This document shows positions 16,908 to 29,589 of a stretch of DNA of 64,000 nucleotides, piece after piece. Each line of letters starts with the position of its first letter. Within the stretch, counting starts at the first letter, position 1. Below the pieces are notes generated by a model, which was not told where the DNA came from, did no database searches, and saw only the letters and a program-made list of their open reading frames with translations. The stretch is from Octopus sinensis (Eukaryota): contig NC_042997.1 in assembly GCF_006345805.1 (NCBI RefSeq), forward strand, positions 14,012,001 through 14,076,000, given 5' to 3'. The translations under genes and the position numbers were made by a program.

Positions 16908-17292
16908 TAGGCGCAGGCGTAGCTGTGTGGTAAGAAGCTTGCTTTACAACCACATGGTTCCGGGTTCAGTCCCACTACTTGACACCTTGGGCAAGTGTCT
17001 TCTGCTATAGCCTCGGGCCGGCCAAAGCCCTCTGACTGGATTTGGTAGGCGGAAACTGAAAGAAGCTCGTCGTATGTATGTATATATATATATATATTTG
17101 TGTGTCTGTGCCGCCCACCATCGCTTGACAAACGATATGAGTCTGTTTATATCCCCGTGACTTAGCGGTTTGTCAAAAGCAACCGATAGAATAAGTATAG
17201 GCTTAGGAAGATAATTCCTGGGATCTATTTGTTCGAATAAAAAGGCTGTATTCCAACATCACCGCAGTCAAATGATTGAAACAAGTAAAAGA
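16908..17292 (+). mobile_element. SINE family B
   Basis: ggcgcaggcgtagctgtgtggtaag head through gaaacaagtaaaag tail. Confidence 0.85.
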
Positions 17293-17299
17293 ATATATA

Positions 17300-17359
<60 letters not shown>

Positions 17360-17700
17360 TGAGTGTATTTTTACCTTGTTAACAATTAATGAGCTATTTT
17401 TCATTATTTTTTCGAAAAATACTCTAGTAAACACGGTTATAGAGCGAGCATACAGATGTAAGCATTAGCAAAAACATACATTTAGTGCATATAAGTAGTC
17501 TCTAACATTATATATAATTTAAACTTAAATTTCCTTTATATTTAACATTCATTATTGGTATCCCTACTCTTTCTGTTAGCTACTTATGACGTTATATCAT
17601 ATAACGTTTTTTTTAAACAATATTAATAGCGTTCTGTCTATCGCTATGCAAATCCATCATTTTTTGCTAAAATGTCTTATTGACAAGTTTCGCTTTTTTC

Positions 17701-17786
17701 ACTTTCCTGAAGAGAAGATTGCATTGTTTATACCATTTATTCTTTTGAATAGTATCAGTGGAATTTTCGAAACATGTGGCGAAAGT
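17701..17786 (+). ncRNA. Hammerhead ribozyme motif (cleavage triplet mutated in this copy)
   Basis: actttc-CTGAAGA-gaagatt...aattttc-GAAAC-atgt-GGC-gaaagt, with perfect stem I actttc/gaaagt. The related copy near 57290 reads GAAACATGTGTCgaaagt with an intact GUC. Confidence 0.65.
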
Positions 17787-17827
17787 AAAAATATTTGATT
17801 ACACCTGCGTTAAACTCCATTTATTTA

Positions 17828-17882
<55 letters not shown>

Positions 17883-18039
17883 ATTATTTCGATTTCCATC
17901 TACCAAATCCATTCCCAACGCTTTAGTCGGCTCACAGTGGGACTGAACTCGGAACCGTAGGGTTGGGAAACAAACTTTTTACCACACAGCCACCTCCGCA
18001 CCTTTATAATAAATATGAATAAATATATTATAAATTGTT

Positions 18040-18130
18040 TTATATGTTTTCACTAGTATGCATGCTACTCATTATACAATTGTTTATTTACGAATCAGAG
18101 AAGATAAAGAACACTAGCTCATCAGGTCAC
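18040..18130 (-). ncRNA. Degenerate hammerhead-like motif
   Basis: gtgac-CTGATGA-gctagtgt...atactagt-GAAAAC. Stem II is 8 bp, but there is no recognisable stem III or 3' stem I strand. Confidence 0.35.
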
Positions 18131-19477
18131 TAGAACATCATGGTTACACCAGTTGAAGAATTGGTAAGATCGTGTGAAGTTCACATCTTTCCCTAAAGCA
18201 GTGATCCCCAAACAATACGTCGCAGCACATTGTCGTGCTGGAACATGCAGCTTAACTCGACGCTGCGAAAATGATAATAGTATATCGATAAATGTTAAAA
18301 ATTTAATCTGAAATTCTAAATTTACAATGATGATAACTATTGTTCCTTTATTGAATAAAGATATATATTTGATAGATTTTTTTCTATAGTTTAAATTAGG
18401 CTAATGTGCGTAAATATTTTTAAATAGATTTTATTTTGTTGCTGTATTCATAAAGTATGCTAATGTATGTTTTATTTACAAAACATTTCGCCAAAATTAA
18501 ACATTTTGTGAACAATTCCTTTAGAGCAACTTAAATTAGATATATGGCTTTTTCAAGCGTAAATCGAAATTTTATCGTAAGCTCAAGTGAACAGGAGTCT
18601 ACTTCTCACTCTCCGGTCTTTCCAGTTAGTTCCCTTTGCATAAAGAATACACACGTAAAAGAGAAATAATGTAGTAATTATAATGGGGCCAAATTAATTT
18701 TTAATCAACTGGAATTACACCATTAAATAGAACCAATAAATAGAACAGTAATTAGCATTAAGGATAGTTCTTATCAAGATAAGCATGAGAGAAAACTTCG
18801 AAATTGAAATTTATTAAAAAGTTGCCGAAAACACAGTGATGATTGATTGTATCATTTTAAAATCCAGAGATAATTTGAGGGCATTTTTCGATCTTATTTG
18901 TCCTCTTCAGGGAAGTATAGTCTAGCAGGAACATGCCAGATTATAAAATGACTTGAAATGTCATTTAATAGAGAATTTATTCACTGACATAGCACAATTT
19001 ATTGTTTCGACAAGGCATAAGTTTATCAAATCACTTATATTCAACCAATGAAGAAAATTTTTCTTTCAAGTGATATTACTAGAAACGAAAGATGGAAAAC
19101 TATCAACAGAAGTGAATTTTGAAATGGTTGTTAAAATTGCAAATAAAAATACTTTTGTTTTAGTAGGGAGCAGGAATTCGATAAATTACTTCAAAGACTA
19201 GGTAAACAAGTTCAAGGATAGGTAAGTGATGGCGACTAGTTGAAGAGTCAAAAGAAAGAGAAAAATAGATAACATTATAGGCGAATAAAGGTCAACGATC
19301 GGTCAAGCCAGATATAGGACTGATAAAGTATTATTACTATTGAATTAAGCTCGGTAAAATTAGGCTGAAAAATATTTTGTATATGTAATGAGTTAATGTG
19401 CTTGTATTTTTGTTTTGTTTGTAGCTACAATGTGTGTGAATTTACGTGTTTTCTGAATTTTTATGTGTATGTGTATA

Positions 19478-19610
19478 CGTTTCGATTCCTGGACCGAGCA
19501 ATATGTTGTGTTCTTGAGCAAAACACTTCATTTCACATTGCTCCAGTCAAGTCGACTAACCAGAGTTCCATCCAGTGTGGAGTATATACACCACAGAAAC
19601 CGGGACAAAA
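19478..19610 (+). mobile_element. Fragment of V-domain SINE family D
   Basis: tttcgattcctggaccg...gtgttcttgagcaaaacacttc...gctccagtc matches 29046-29307. Confidence 0.7.
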
Positions 19611-20096
19611 CGCCTTCCCACGTCTATATTATTCAGTAAGAAGCTTTTTCATATCCTGTGTATATAAGTGTGCATGTTCGTATGTTGTTTGCATATATAT
19701 AGGTTATATTGTGCAAGATGTGTAATACAAAGAAAATAAAAAGACCAGTCAAGTAAAAGGCACAATTTAAAGTCTCTTGGAAGACATTAAGTTTAGCAGG
19801 CATTTAAGCAATGCGTTCGTGGACAGTTGACGAGTTGAATGTATTCTCATACGAAAAGTAGTAACTCTCGATATTGGCTCTGAATTCTATAGAAAATCAA
19901 TAGAGATAAGCTTAAAAATTAACATTTTGTATAAGTCCAATATATATTCGAATGAGCAACATAGAATCCACGGCTCCATACTTTGAAATGACTAAACATG
20001 AACTACTATTGGAACTTACCATATATATGAAACTTTTTACCACTTCTATACATCACTTTCCTCGAATGATGGAACTGCAACTACTATATCTTTATA

Positions 20097-20458
20097 GGCG
20101 CAAAGTCGGAGGGCAGAAGAAGCGCTACAAGGATAGTCTCAAGGTCTCTCTCAAAGACTTCTCCATCGGAACAGAGACCTGGGAGACACTTGCTGCTAAC
20201 CGCTCATCCTCGCGCAGCGCAATCACCGTGGGAGCAGGGACAGCCGAGGAGGGACGGATTCGGTCAGCGGAGCAGAAACGTCAGATGCGTAAAGCCAGAG
20301 CCGCCTGCACCAGTAGCACGGCCCCTACCCACTTCTGCCCCACCTGTGGGAGGGGCTTCCTTGCCCGGATTGGCCTCACCAGCCACCTCAGGTCTCATGG
20401 CGGCAGTTCCATCAGATGATGTCAGTTGGTCATCTTCGAACCGAAGGACGAACATTAT
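20097..20458 (+). mobile_element. 5'-truncated RTE (BovB-like) LINE 3' end
   Basis: Uninterrupted RKVGGQKKRYKDSLKVSLKDFSI..TWETLA..R...CPTCGRGFLARIGLTSHLRSH with a C-terminal C2H2 finger. Short 3' UTR with the stem-loop cttcgaaccgaag. GC-rich island. Confidence 0.9.
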
Positions 20459-21547
20459 TATATATTTTATATTTTATTTCTACTTTCATTCACTTATTTC
20501 TCTCTATATTCCCTCTCTCCTCCTTTTCCATAATAATTCTTATTTCGAACTCAAACATTCACCTCTATTTAACCATCTCACATCGCCTCTAATGAAGGGA
20601 TATCCATAATAACCCAGAAACAGGTGCAAGACTATATCTATATCTTTTTCCTAATAAATGTCCTGAAAACTCCTCACAGACTTGGCTTTATTATCTCACT
20701 TTGCCTAACCGCAAAGTACGAAAGCTATAGTGAACTTAATTTTTCATGGCTATGGTTAAAATTCGCCAGCTAATCAGGTAATCACGGATAGAAACATTTT
20801 TATAATCATATGAGTATCTACACTCATCCAGTGAGTGTCCTATATATTTTATTTTTTGTGTTTAGTACGTTGAATTTAACGAAGCATTCTAAAATTAAAA
20901 GGATATATGATTGATTTTGAGCTTTCAGAGTTCGATTATTTTTTTTTATTTTTGTATATTGAGAGCTTGATGATGATTTTGCTTTGATATTGTGTACCAG
21001 GTTTGTGTTCTTGGTGAATAAAATTTCGAATGTATTATGTTTACGTATAGGTTTCGTTATTAATTGGTGCAAGAACTCTTGGCTGGGAGTTAATAAGTAC
21101 CAGTATTCTCTTTAGAAGTGAGCCTCCACTTTTAGTATATCATGAAGGCCAGCTTACTCCGAGGAAGCCTCTATAGTGCTTATCTACCAACCAGAAATAG
21201 CAGCCTAATATACTTAGAGCTTAACTTGAGCTGCGCAACAATAAATTATGTTGTAAATAGAAGTACCCAACTAACACAGCTTAATTCTATGATCAGAGGA
21301 AGCATTATATAACTTAACAGTGTTTTGCCACTGTTGGCTTGCGTTGATGTACTGTGGGACTAGTATAAGCAACTAGAAAGCAGTTTAGTGTAACACACAT
21401 ATTGCAATGTAAGTCTTGGTTTTCACAAAATGAAAAAGAAAGGAGACAATTGGTTAAAGTAAAGAAAAAACAAAGGAGGTCAGTATAAAGAAAATTGGAA
21501 AACATTGACATGACTACAACATGTTTATCACATTTTGTCAAACCCTG

Positions 21548-22412
21548 TAGGAATTAAACTTAATGACTTGGATATTATCATTCAACAAATTCTAATATTG
21601 TACAACAAGTATTGCTTTCTTGCGTTGTTACAAAGCTGTATAAAGCCAAATTTAATTGATCCGACCGAAACATATTTATTAAAAGCGGAGCGATGAAAAT
21701 TAAAGTTGATCCTGATAAGATTTGAGCTCAGAATGTAGAAATGACGAAAGTAAAACACTAGGAATTAAACTTAATGACTTGGATATTGTCGTTCAACAAA
21801 TTCTAATATCGTACAACAAGTATTGCTTTCTTACGTTGTTACAAAGCTGTATAAAGCCAAATTTAATTGATCCGTACACTTGACCGAAACATATTTATTA
21901 AAAGCGGAGCGATGAAAATTAAAGTTGATCCTGATAAGATTTGAGCTTAGAATGTAGAAATGACGAAACTAAAACACTAGAAATTAAACTTAATGACTTG
22001 GATATTGTCGTTCAACAAATCCTAATATTGTACAACAAGTATTGCTTTCTTACGTTGTTACAAAACTGTATAAAGCCAAATTTAATTGATCCGTACACTT
22101 GACCGAAACATATTTATTAAAAGCGGAGCGATGAAAATTAAAGTTGATCCTGATAAGATTTGAGCTTAGAATGTAGAAATGACGAAACTAAAACACTAGG
22201 AATTAAACTTATGACTTGGATATTGTCGTTCAACAATCCTAATATTGTACAACAAGTATGCTTTCTTACGTTGTACAAAACTGTATAAAGCCAAATTTAA
22301 TTGATCCGTACACTTGACCGAAACATATTTATTAAAAGCGGAGCGATGAAAATTAAAGTTGATCCTGATAAGATTTGAGCTCAGAATGTAGAAATGACGA
22401 AACTAAAACACT
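21548..22412. repeat. Four-copy tandem repeat (211-219 bp)
   Basis: Unit start tag(g/a)aattaaactt at 21548, 21759, 21978 and 22197. Includes a decayed SINE-A-like segment (aaagttgatcctgataagatttgagctcagaatg). Confidence 0.95.
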
Positions 22413-23291
22413 GCAAAGTATTTAATCCAGCATTCCATTGTCTTTCTTGCTTCATTTCGCCTTTCTACAACGTATTAATAATGTATCATTACACAAGCTG
22501 GTGTAGCTTGATGTCCAATAGCTATTGTTAGAGTGACGTATAACATAGCTCTTAAATATTTATTATTAATATATCTCTTGTAATTCGATAACCTGTAGCT
22601 ACAGATAAACGTTCAACATAGTTATAAATGGTATATCATTAAGATACCGCAGTAGAATGTCCTTAGGCAAAAGATGGCTACACAATATAGATATTAAGAA
22701 ATATAACGGAAAGGGGATGTAATATACATTTGTAGGCATACAACGAACGTCTATAAAGTTTGTTTGATATGTATAAATTCAGACACACATACACACACGC
22801 GCACGTGTGTTAGTGTAAATATACTTGTCTGTATGTGTTTATCATGTGTATGAGCGTGTATAGCTATGTATGTGTTTTTGCTTGCATGTGTGGATGTCAG
22901 TGTGAATGTGTGAATGTAAGTGTGCATGTTTGTGGTTGCGTGTGCATGTGTGTATGTATGTGTGTGTGTGTGTGTGTGTGCATGCGTGTATGTGCGTGTG
23001 TGTGCATGCGAGTAAATGGAAGCAGGTGGGCTGCCGGTCATTGTTTGCAATCTATTAATGATTTCCAGTTGGAATTCTGGTACTTACATCGCAAAAGTCC
23101 TTGTAAAATTCTCGCTACTTCAGCTTGCTAGCTACCGCTCTAAAAATCCCCTTCCTTATGACACACCTCAAACACTCTCACGCGCGCATAAACAAATACT
23201 TACACATACAATCACGCATAAACCCACACCTGTATGTATGTGTCAGCATATATACATATATATATATACATATATATATATATAATATATA

Positions 23292-23417
<126 letters not shown>

Positions 23418-23769
23418 ATATATCGAAAAACAAATCTTGTAACTACCAGTTACTGCAACTAATAGTCGGCAAAATTTGCTTTTATTTGTAAATTTTCTAA
23501 TTTGGGCAAAAGGCTACCAAGTTTTGAGAGAAGGGACATGACGATTACATCGACCCCAGTAGATGACTGGTACGTTAGTTAATCGACTGAATGAAAGGCA
23601 CAGTTGACCTCGGTGGGATTTGAACTCAGAACGTAAAGAGCCAGAAGAAATACGCTAAGCATTTTGTTGGACGCACCAGAACATTGACAGTTCACTGCTT
23701 CTACTTGTAAATTTCTGGGTTCAGTAAAGATAGACTTTCCTACGTTTCCGATCAAGATCTTTTTTCAGA

Positions 23770-24610
23770 AGGCGGCGAGGTGGCAGAATCGTTAGCACGT
23801 CGTGCGATATGCTTAGCGGTATTTCGTCTGCCGCTACGTTCTGAGTTCAAATTCCGCCGAGGTCGACTTTGCCTTTCATCCTTTCTGGGTCGATTAAATA
23901 AATACCAGTTGCGCACTGGGGTCGATATAATCGACTTAATCCGTTTGTCTGTCCTTGTTTGTTCTCTCTGTGTTTAGCCCCTTGTGAGTAGTAAAAGAAA
24001 TAGGTATTTCGTCTGAATTTACGTTCTGGGTTCAAATTCCGCCGAGGTCGACTTTGCTTTTCATCCTTTCGGGGTCGATAAATTAAGTACCAGTAGTGTA
24101 CTGGGTCGATCTAATCGACTTAATCCCTTAGTCTGTCCTTGTTTGTCCCCTCTATGTTTAGCTCCATGTGGGTAGTAAGGAAATAGCTATTTCGTCTGCC
24201 ACGTTCCGAGTTTAAATTTCGCCGAGGACGACTTTGCCTTTTATCCTTTCAGGGTCGATAAATTAAGTATCAGTTACGCACTGGGGTCGATATAATCGAC
24301 TAAATCCGTCTATCTCTCCTTGTTTGTCTCCTCTGTGTTTAGTCCCTTGTGGGTAGTAAAGAAATAGGTATTTTAAGGCGGCGAGCTAGCAGAAACGTTA
24401 GCACGCCGGGCAAAATGCTTAGTGGTATTTCGTCTGCCGTTACGTTCTGAGTTCAAATTCCGCCGAGGTCGACTTTGCCTTTCCTTCATTCGGGTTCGAT
24501 TAAATAAGTACCAGTTACGCACTGGAGTCGATATAATCGACTCAATCCGTTTGTATGTCCTTGTTTGTCCCCTCTGTGTGCAGCCCCTAGTGGGCAGTAA
24601 AGAAATAAGA
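23770..24610 (+). mobile_element. SINE family A cluster: head + three bodies, then a second monomer
   Basis: Heads at 23770 and 24377. Body starts (tatttcgtctg) at ~23820, 24004, 24188 and 24426. Confidence 0.9.
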
Positions 24611-25822
24611 TCTTTTTCAGAAGAAAGAGATAAGTGTTTTGTTTTGTTTTGTTTTTATTCGCTTTTATTTCATGAAAGTTTGAGAATAAAATACTTGGAA
24701 ATAGTAATGGAAAGCTTCTACTAGCGCATGAAATAGAAGTGAGAGTAATAGAATGAGAGACTAGGGAGAAGAACGAGGGAATATTGATCAGTGTAAGGAA
24801 GTGAGGGAGCTGTTGATCAACGTCAGTGATCTGTAAACTGATTAAATGATATTGCACCGAACACCGTGTATGAATAAATGCAAATGAGTATCAAACTAAG
24901 CCTTTTTTTTTTTTTGGCCCGCGCTGCTAGACTTTAGACAAATATAAACAAATGCCTGTTGTAGCTATTACTTCTGCATACAGAAACAGGATTCACTTGG
25001 CTGGTTTTAAACCTGGTTAGGTTCCCCAACTGAAATACCACTCTCGCTATTAATTAGAAAGCTTTAGGGGTTCACTAGAAGCAGAATTCCCAACGTCTCT
25101 AACCAAGATATTCTTCAATGAAAAGAGAAAAGGTTTACTTTACTCTTAATTCATGAAGTGTGGGAATAATTAAGAATATTTGAAAGTGCCTTGAAGGGAA
25201 ATGATGGGTGAGAAACAGAATGAGGGTTTAGGATTTATTAAAAAATCTAGTTTCTTTTTTAGACCACGATGCTAGAATTTAGACAAATGTAAATGATATT
25301 TATTACTTCTATAGACAGAAATTTCAGAATGAGTTGGGTTTCTTAGCTTAAATAGCGCGCTCGCTCCTTCTCATAAAGTATTATACTGATTAATAATTAT
25401 TGCTAGCTAATAAAATGGTCTTATTAAATTACTTGGTTCAATTTGCGTAAATACATATTTGACATTATCCAACTACGCTGTTTAGCCGCAATAATACTTC
25501 ATTAAATTAATAAACGACCAGCACTAGTTATAATAAAGCACTATAAACTAATTTTAATAAAGCTCTAGTTATGCAAATCATACCAAATAATTTACCGAAA
25601 CTACCTTAATGGCATTTTTAGTCGAAGAAATCGACCCCAAATTTCGTTCTTTGTAAGCCTAGTACTTATTTCATCCGTCTCTTTTGCTGCACTGCTAGGC
25701 TGTGGGGATATAAACAAACCAGCAACGGTCGTCAAGCCAAGGCGGGGGACAAATATATATATACACAACACCGCAACACACATACATATTTGTATACATA
25801 TATATTATATATATATATATAT

Positions 25823-26179
25823 TCTATAATCTATATTAAACGGCAGTTTGTCTGTGTGTTTTTCTGTTCTGTTTTGCTTGTACCCTCACCCGACCATAAC
25901 CGATTCTATGAAACTTGACACACACATAGCCCAATTTCTAATTCAAAACAACGCAGCGATTTTTGAAAAGTTCCCAGTTCTGAAAAAAATCGTAAATCGA
26001 TGGGTCGAGTAATCAGAAACACAAACCGCAAACTGTCTAGGGGCGCAACTCCACCTTTTTTTATCTCAAAAAAAATTTTACATAATTTTTTTTCCATTTT
26101 TTTGCTATTTTTTGGCATAACTCTCTAAAAAGCTTATAGTTATTTCCTTACAACCTAGCAACGACGGCGATACTGCTAG
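25823..26179 (+). mobile_element. Non-autonomous Helitron
   Basis: 5' TC terminus (TCTATAATCTATATTAAA), internal accgattctatgaaacttgacac motif, and a GC-rich subterminal segment ending CTAG before T. Confidence 0.7.
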
Positions 26180-26196
26180 TATATATATATATTATG

Positions 26197-26252
<56 letters not shown>

Positions 26253-26632
26253 GGTAAAAAAATACTTCTGTACCACCGAATAGTCATAAATCTATTACAG
26301 ACAAGATAGGAAAATATATCAGTGAGCAATAATAATGCCGTACCTGATCAACTTGGTACCGGTTTCGAAATTTAACATTCTACCCCATCATGCCTGCGAT
26401 GGGAGGCATGATGGGGGAGAATGTTAGTAGTTATTTAGCTGGCGGACTTTGACTGATGAGAAATCACGCGCCTGGGTGGCGCTATATTTCGAAACCGGTA
26501 CCGAGTTGATCAGCATTTACTTGTTCTGACCCATTTGAGGTACGACATTATTATTGTTCACTGATATTTTTTCCTATCTTCTCTGTAACAGATTTGTGAC
26601 TATTCGGTGGTACAGAAGTATTTTTTTTACTT
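26253..26632. mobile_element. Fold-back element carrying a hammerhead ribozyme
   Basis: Arms aaaaaaatacttctgtaccaccgaatagtc... / ...gactattcggtggtacagaagtattttttt, with a nested hairpin at 26373-26427. Confidence 0.8.
26445..26507 (+). ncRNA. Minimal type I hammerhead ribozyme motif
   Basis: gactttga-CTGATGA-gaaat...atttc-GAAAC-cg-GTA-ccgagtt. Perfect 5-bp stem II, palindromic stem III ACCGGT, GUA triplet, imperfect stem I. Confidence 0.75.
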
Positions 26633-26994
26633 CTATCATTAGCGATATAGGTACTCACGTAGTACCCTTGTGTATATATGTACATATCGAATATTGTATT
26701 ATATATTTTATTAATTTGCCTGTACGGCTAATAATTCGCTTACCACTTGTGATGGTATTTTAATAATACCACCCCTATATTTATATATATATCATATACG
26801 ATGGCCTTCTTTCTGATTCCGTCTACCAAATCTACTCAGAAGACTTTGGTCGGCCCGAGGTTATAGAAGACACTTGCTCAACGTGTCATGCCGAATTCAT
26901 GTGGATGGGAAGCAAATATATACATACATACGTACATACATACATACATACATACATATATGTATATATATATTATGGAGGAGGGGAATGATAG

Positions 26995-27028
<34 letters not shown>

Positions 27029-27048
27029 ATAGATAGATAGATAGATAG

Positions 27049-27092
<44 letters not shown>

Positions 27093-27199
27093 GTGAGTGT
27101 GAGTGGGTGTAAATATATATATATATTTATATCAATGTATGCATCTATGTGTTTGAATGTGTATTTGTATTTGTAATTACATGTGTGTGTGCGTGCATG

Positions 27200-27232
<33 letters not shown>

Positions 27233-27410
27233 CATGGTGTGTGCGTGCATGGTGTGTGTGTTTGTGAGTGTGCGTGTGTGTGTGTGTGCGTGTGTATGTG
27301 TGTACATACATAATAGCTGCAACTCGATTTCAAGCAATGTCATTATTGTTCTCTTTCACATGAGCAGCACGGTTGTGACTCTTCATTCCCGATATGAACC
27401 TATAGGCGCA

Positions 27411-27588
27411 GGAGTGGCTATAGGCGCAGGAGTGGCTGTGTGGTAAGTAGCTTGATTACCAACCACATGGTTCCAGGTTCAGTCCCACTGCGTGTCACCT
27501 TGGGCAAGTGTCTTCTATTATAGCCTCGGGCCGACCAAAGCCTTGTGAGTGGATTTGGTAGACGGAAACTGAAAAGAAGCCCGTCGTA

Positions 27589-27632
<44 letters not shown>

Positions 27633-27850
27633 CGTGTGTGTGTTGTGTGCCTGTGTTTGTCCCCCTAGTATTGCTTGACAACCGATGCTGGTGTGTTTAT
27701 GTCCCCGTCACTTAGCGGTTCGGCAAAAGAGACCGATAGAATAAGTACTGGGCTTACAAAAGAATAAGTCCCGGGGTCAAGTTCCTCGATTAAAGGCGGT
27801 GCTCCAGCATGGCCGCAGTCAAATGACTGAAACAAGTAAAAGAGTGAAAG
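27411..27850 (+). mobile_element. SINE family B, full length, with duplicated 5' 18 nt
   Basis: tataggcgcaggagtggc occurs twice, followed by the complete head, internal microsatellite and tail. Confidence 0.9.
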
Positions 27851-28038
27851 AGAGTATACTCTTTTGCACTGCTGTGGTAACAACGGACGCCTCTTGCAGC
27901 CTTGATTCCATCATTCTTACATACATGCATACATACATACACAATGTTATCCAGCACAATATCTTGTAATCCTATGCAAGTAAGTATACACGTGCATGTG
28001 GGTTGTAATAACACACGGGCCAGCAGCTTCCTTCCAAA

Positions 28039-28183
28039 TATAAGGTTGTCCCAAAAGTTCGTAGAAAGTCTTGGAAAATAATGGTCTTTATTTTGAGGAA
28101 TAATTTTTGTTGTTTTTGTTAGTACTTGGCGAGTAAAAATTCAATTTTCGCAAGTGTTTACGAACTTTTGGGACAACCTAATA
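28039..28183. mobile_element. Mariner-type MITE
   Basis: TIRs TATAAGGTTGTCCCAAAAGTTCGTA / TACGAACTTTTGGGACAACCTAATA. Confidence 0.85.
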
Positions 28184-28199
28184 TTTGTATGCATAACTG

Positions 28200-28350
28200 C
28201 CTCTTTCTCTCTCTCTCTCTCTTTCTTTCATTCTTTCTACCTCTTCCTCTATCTCTCTCTTTCTTTCATTCTTTCTACCTCTTCCTCTCTCTCTCTTTCT
28301 TTCATTCTTTCTACCTCTTCCTCTCTCTCTCTTTCTTTCATTCTTTCTAC
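28200..28350. repeat. Pyrimidine minisatellite (~36-40 bp x ~4)
   Basis: ctctctctctttctttcattctttctacctcttc repeated. Confidence 0.8.
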
Positions 28351-29045
28351 ATCTCTCTCTCTTCTCTCTCTCTCGTTCACTCTTTCTCTTCTTTCTCTTT
28401 CTCTCCCTCACTCTTTCCCTATCTCGTTTACTCTTTCTCCTTTTTCTCTTTGTCTCTCTCTCTCTCTCTTCGCGCGCATGTGTGTGTTGGCAAGAGGAAA
28501 TATGCGATGAAGCGGGTAACGTTCTACTCTTTGTATAAATGATAGAGATTTGAATGCACATGATGTTATTGACAAGCTGTTTAAAAATCATTAACATTCA
28601 ACTGACCAACCACCTTCTCTTTTAACATTATATTCGCCAATAAGTCTTCCTTTCTTCTCGATTTCTAACCGCACAATCTCTAAATTGTCTTTCTCTCTCC
28701 CACTATTTCTCTTTCATGCGTCTACAGAAAATAATTACCTAGTTTTTACACTCGTTCTTTACTACTTCCACGCTCTCAATGGAACAAGTAAAGAAGATCT
28801 TTCCTCTCGAAAACGGGTTTCGACTTGGGTCGAAATCTCAGAACTTTCCTCTATACCATCATAAAATGCTCGACGCATTACATATAAACATACACACACA
28901 AACACATGTGTGTATGAGGATGCATCTGTGTATGTATATACACGTATCAATGGATACGTGCACGTGTGTGTTTTAACAAACAATTGAAAATAGCGAAAAT
29001 TGTTGAGTTTTGTCTTATATTCATCGTTGCCTTCAAATGTGAAAT

Positions 29046-29589
29046 ATACATAAATAAATGCGTCCTTTTAAAGCCTAGCCAGGCTCATGGGCCCGGTTTC
29101 CCGGTTTCTATGGCGTATGTGTTCCCCAGCTGGACGGGATGCCAGTCCATCGCAGCATTACTCATTTTTGCCAGCTGAGTGGACTGGAGCAACGTGATAT
29201 GAAGTGTTTTGCTCAAGAACACAACTTGTCGCCCGGTCCAGGAATCGAAACTACAATCTTATGATCATGATGCTGACACCCTAACCACTAAGCTACGCGC
29301 CTCCACAATTTGAATCGTACCATACTAAAAATAACTGACTGGAACCGAATGTTTCTACATGCATACACACTGACACACCTATACGCAAGCAGTCTACTCA
29401 CAAAGGAAAATGATCTTAACCATAACATAGATGTATAAATATATTTTTAACCACTTATGCCTTTCACAGAATTCACAACATACTAAGTGTTTTGCTCAAG
29501 AACACAACGCATCGCCCGGTCCAGGAATCGAAACCACAATCTTACGATCATGATGCTGACACCCTAACTACTAAGCCACGCGCCTCCAC
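29046..29589 (-). mobile_element. V-domain SINE family D with a second head
   Basis: Head gtggaggcgcgtagcttagtggttagg...gtttcgattcctgg and V-like domain gatggactggcatcccgtccag. An extra head lies at 29485-29589. The 10-bp direct repeat aatgtgaaat flanks the whole block. Confidence 0.8.

Noticed and set aside
18199-18260. hAT-like TIR cagtgatccccaaac (and tttgaaaaaacactg at 55917)
   Set aside because: Single ends with no matching partner or 8-bp TSD nearby.
19952-20096. N-terminal part of the 155-aa ORF as a host zinc-finger gene
   Set aside because: AT-rich flank that happens to be in frame with a truncated RTE. The zinc finger is the RTE C-terminus.
21548-22412. Regular repeats as a possible CRISPR-like array (also 7015-11230)
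   Set aside because: Whole units are duplicated with no unique spacers and no cas genes, and the context is eukaryotic.
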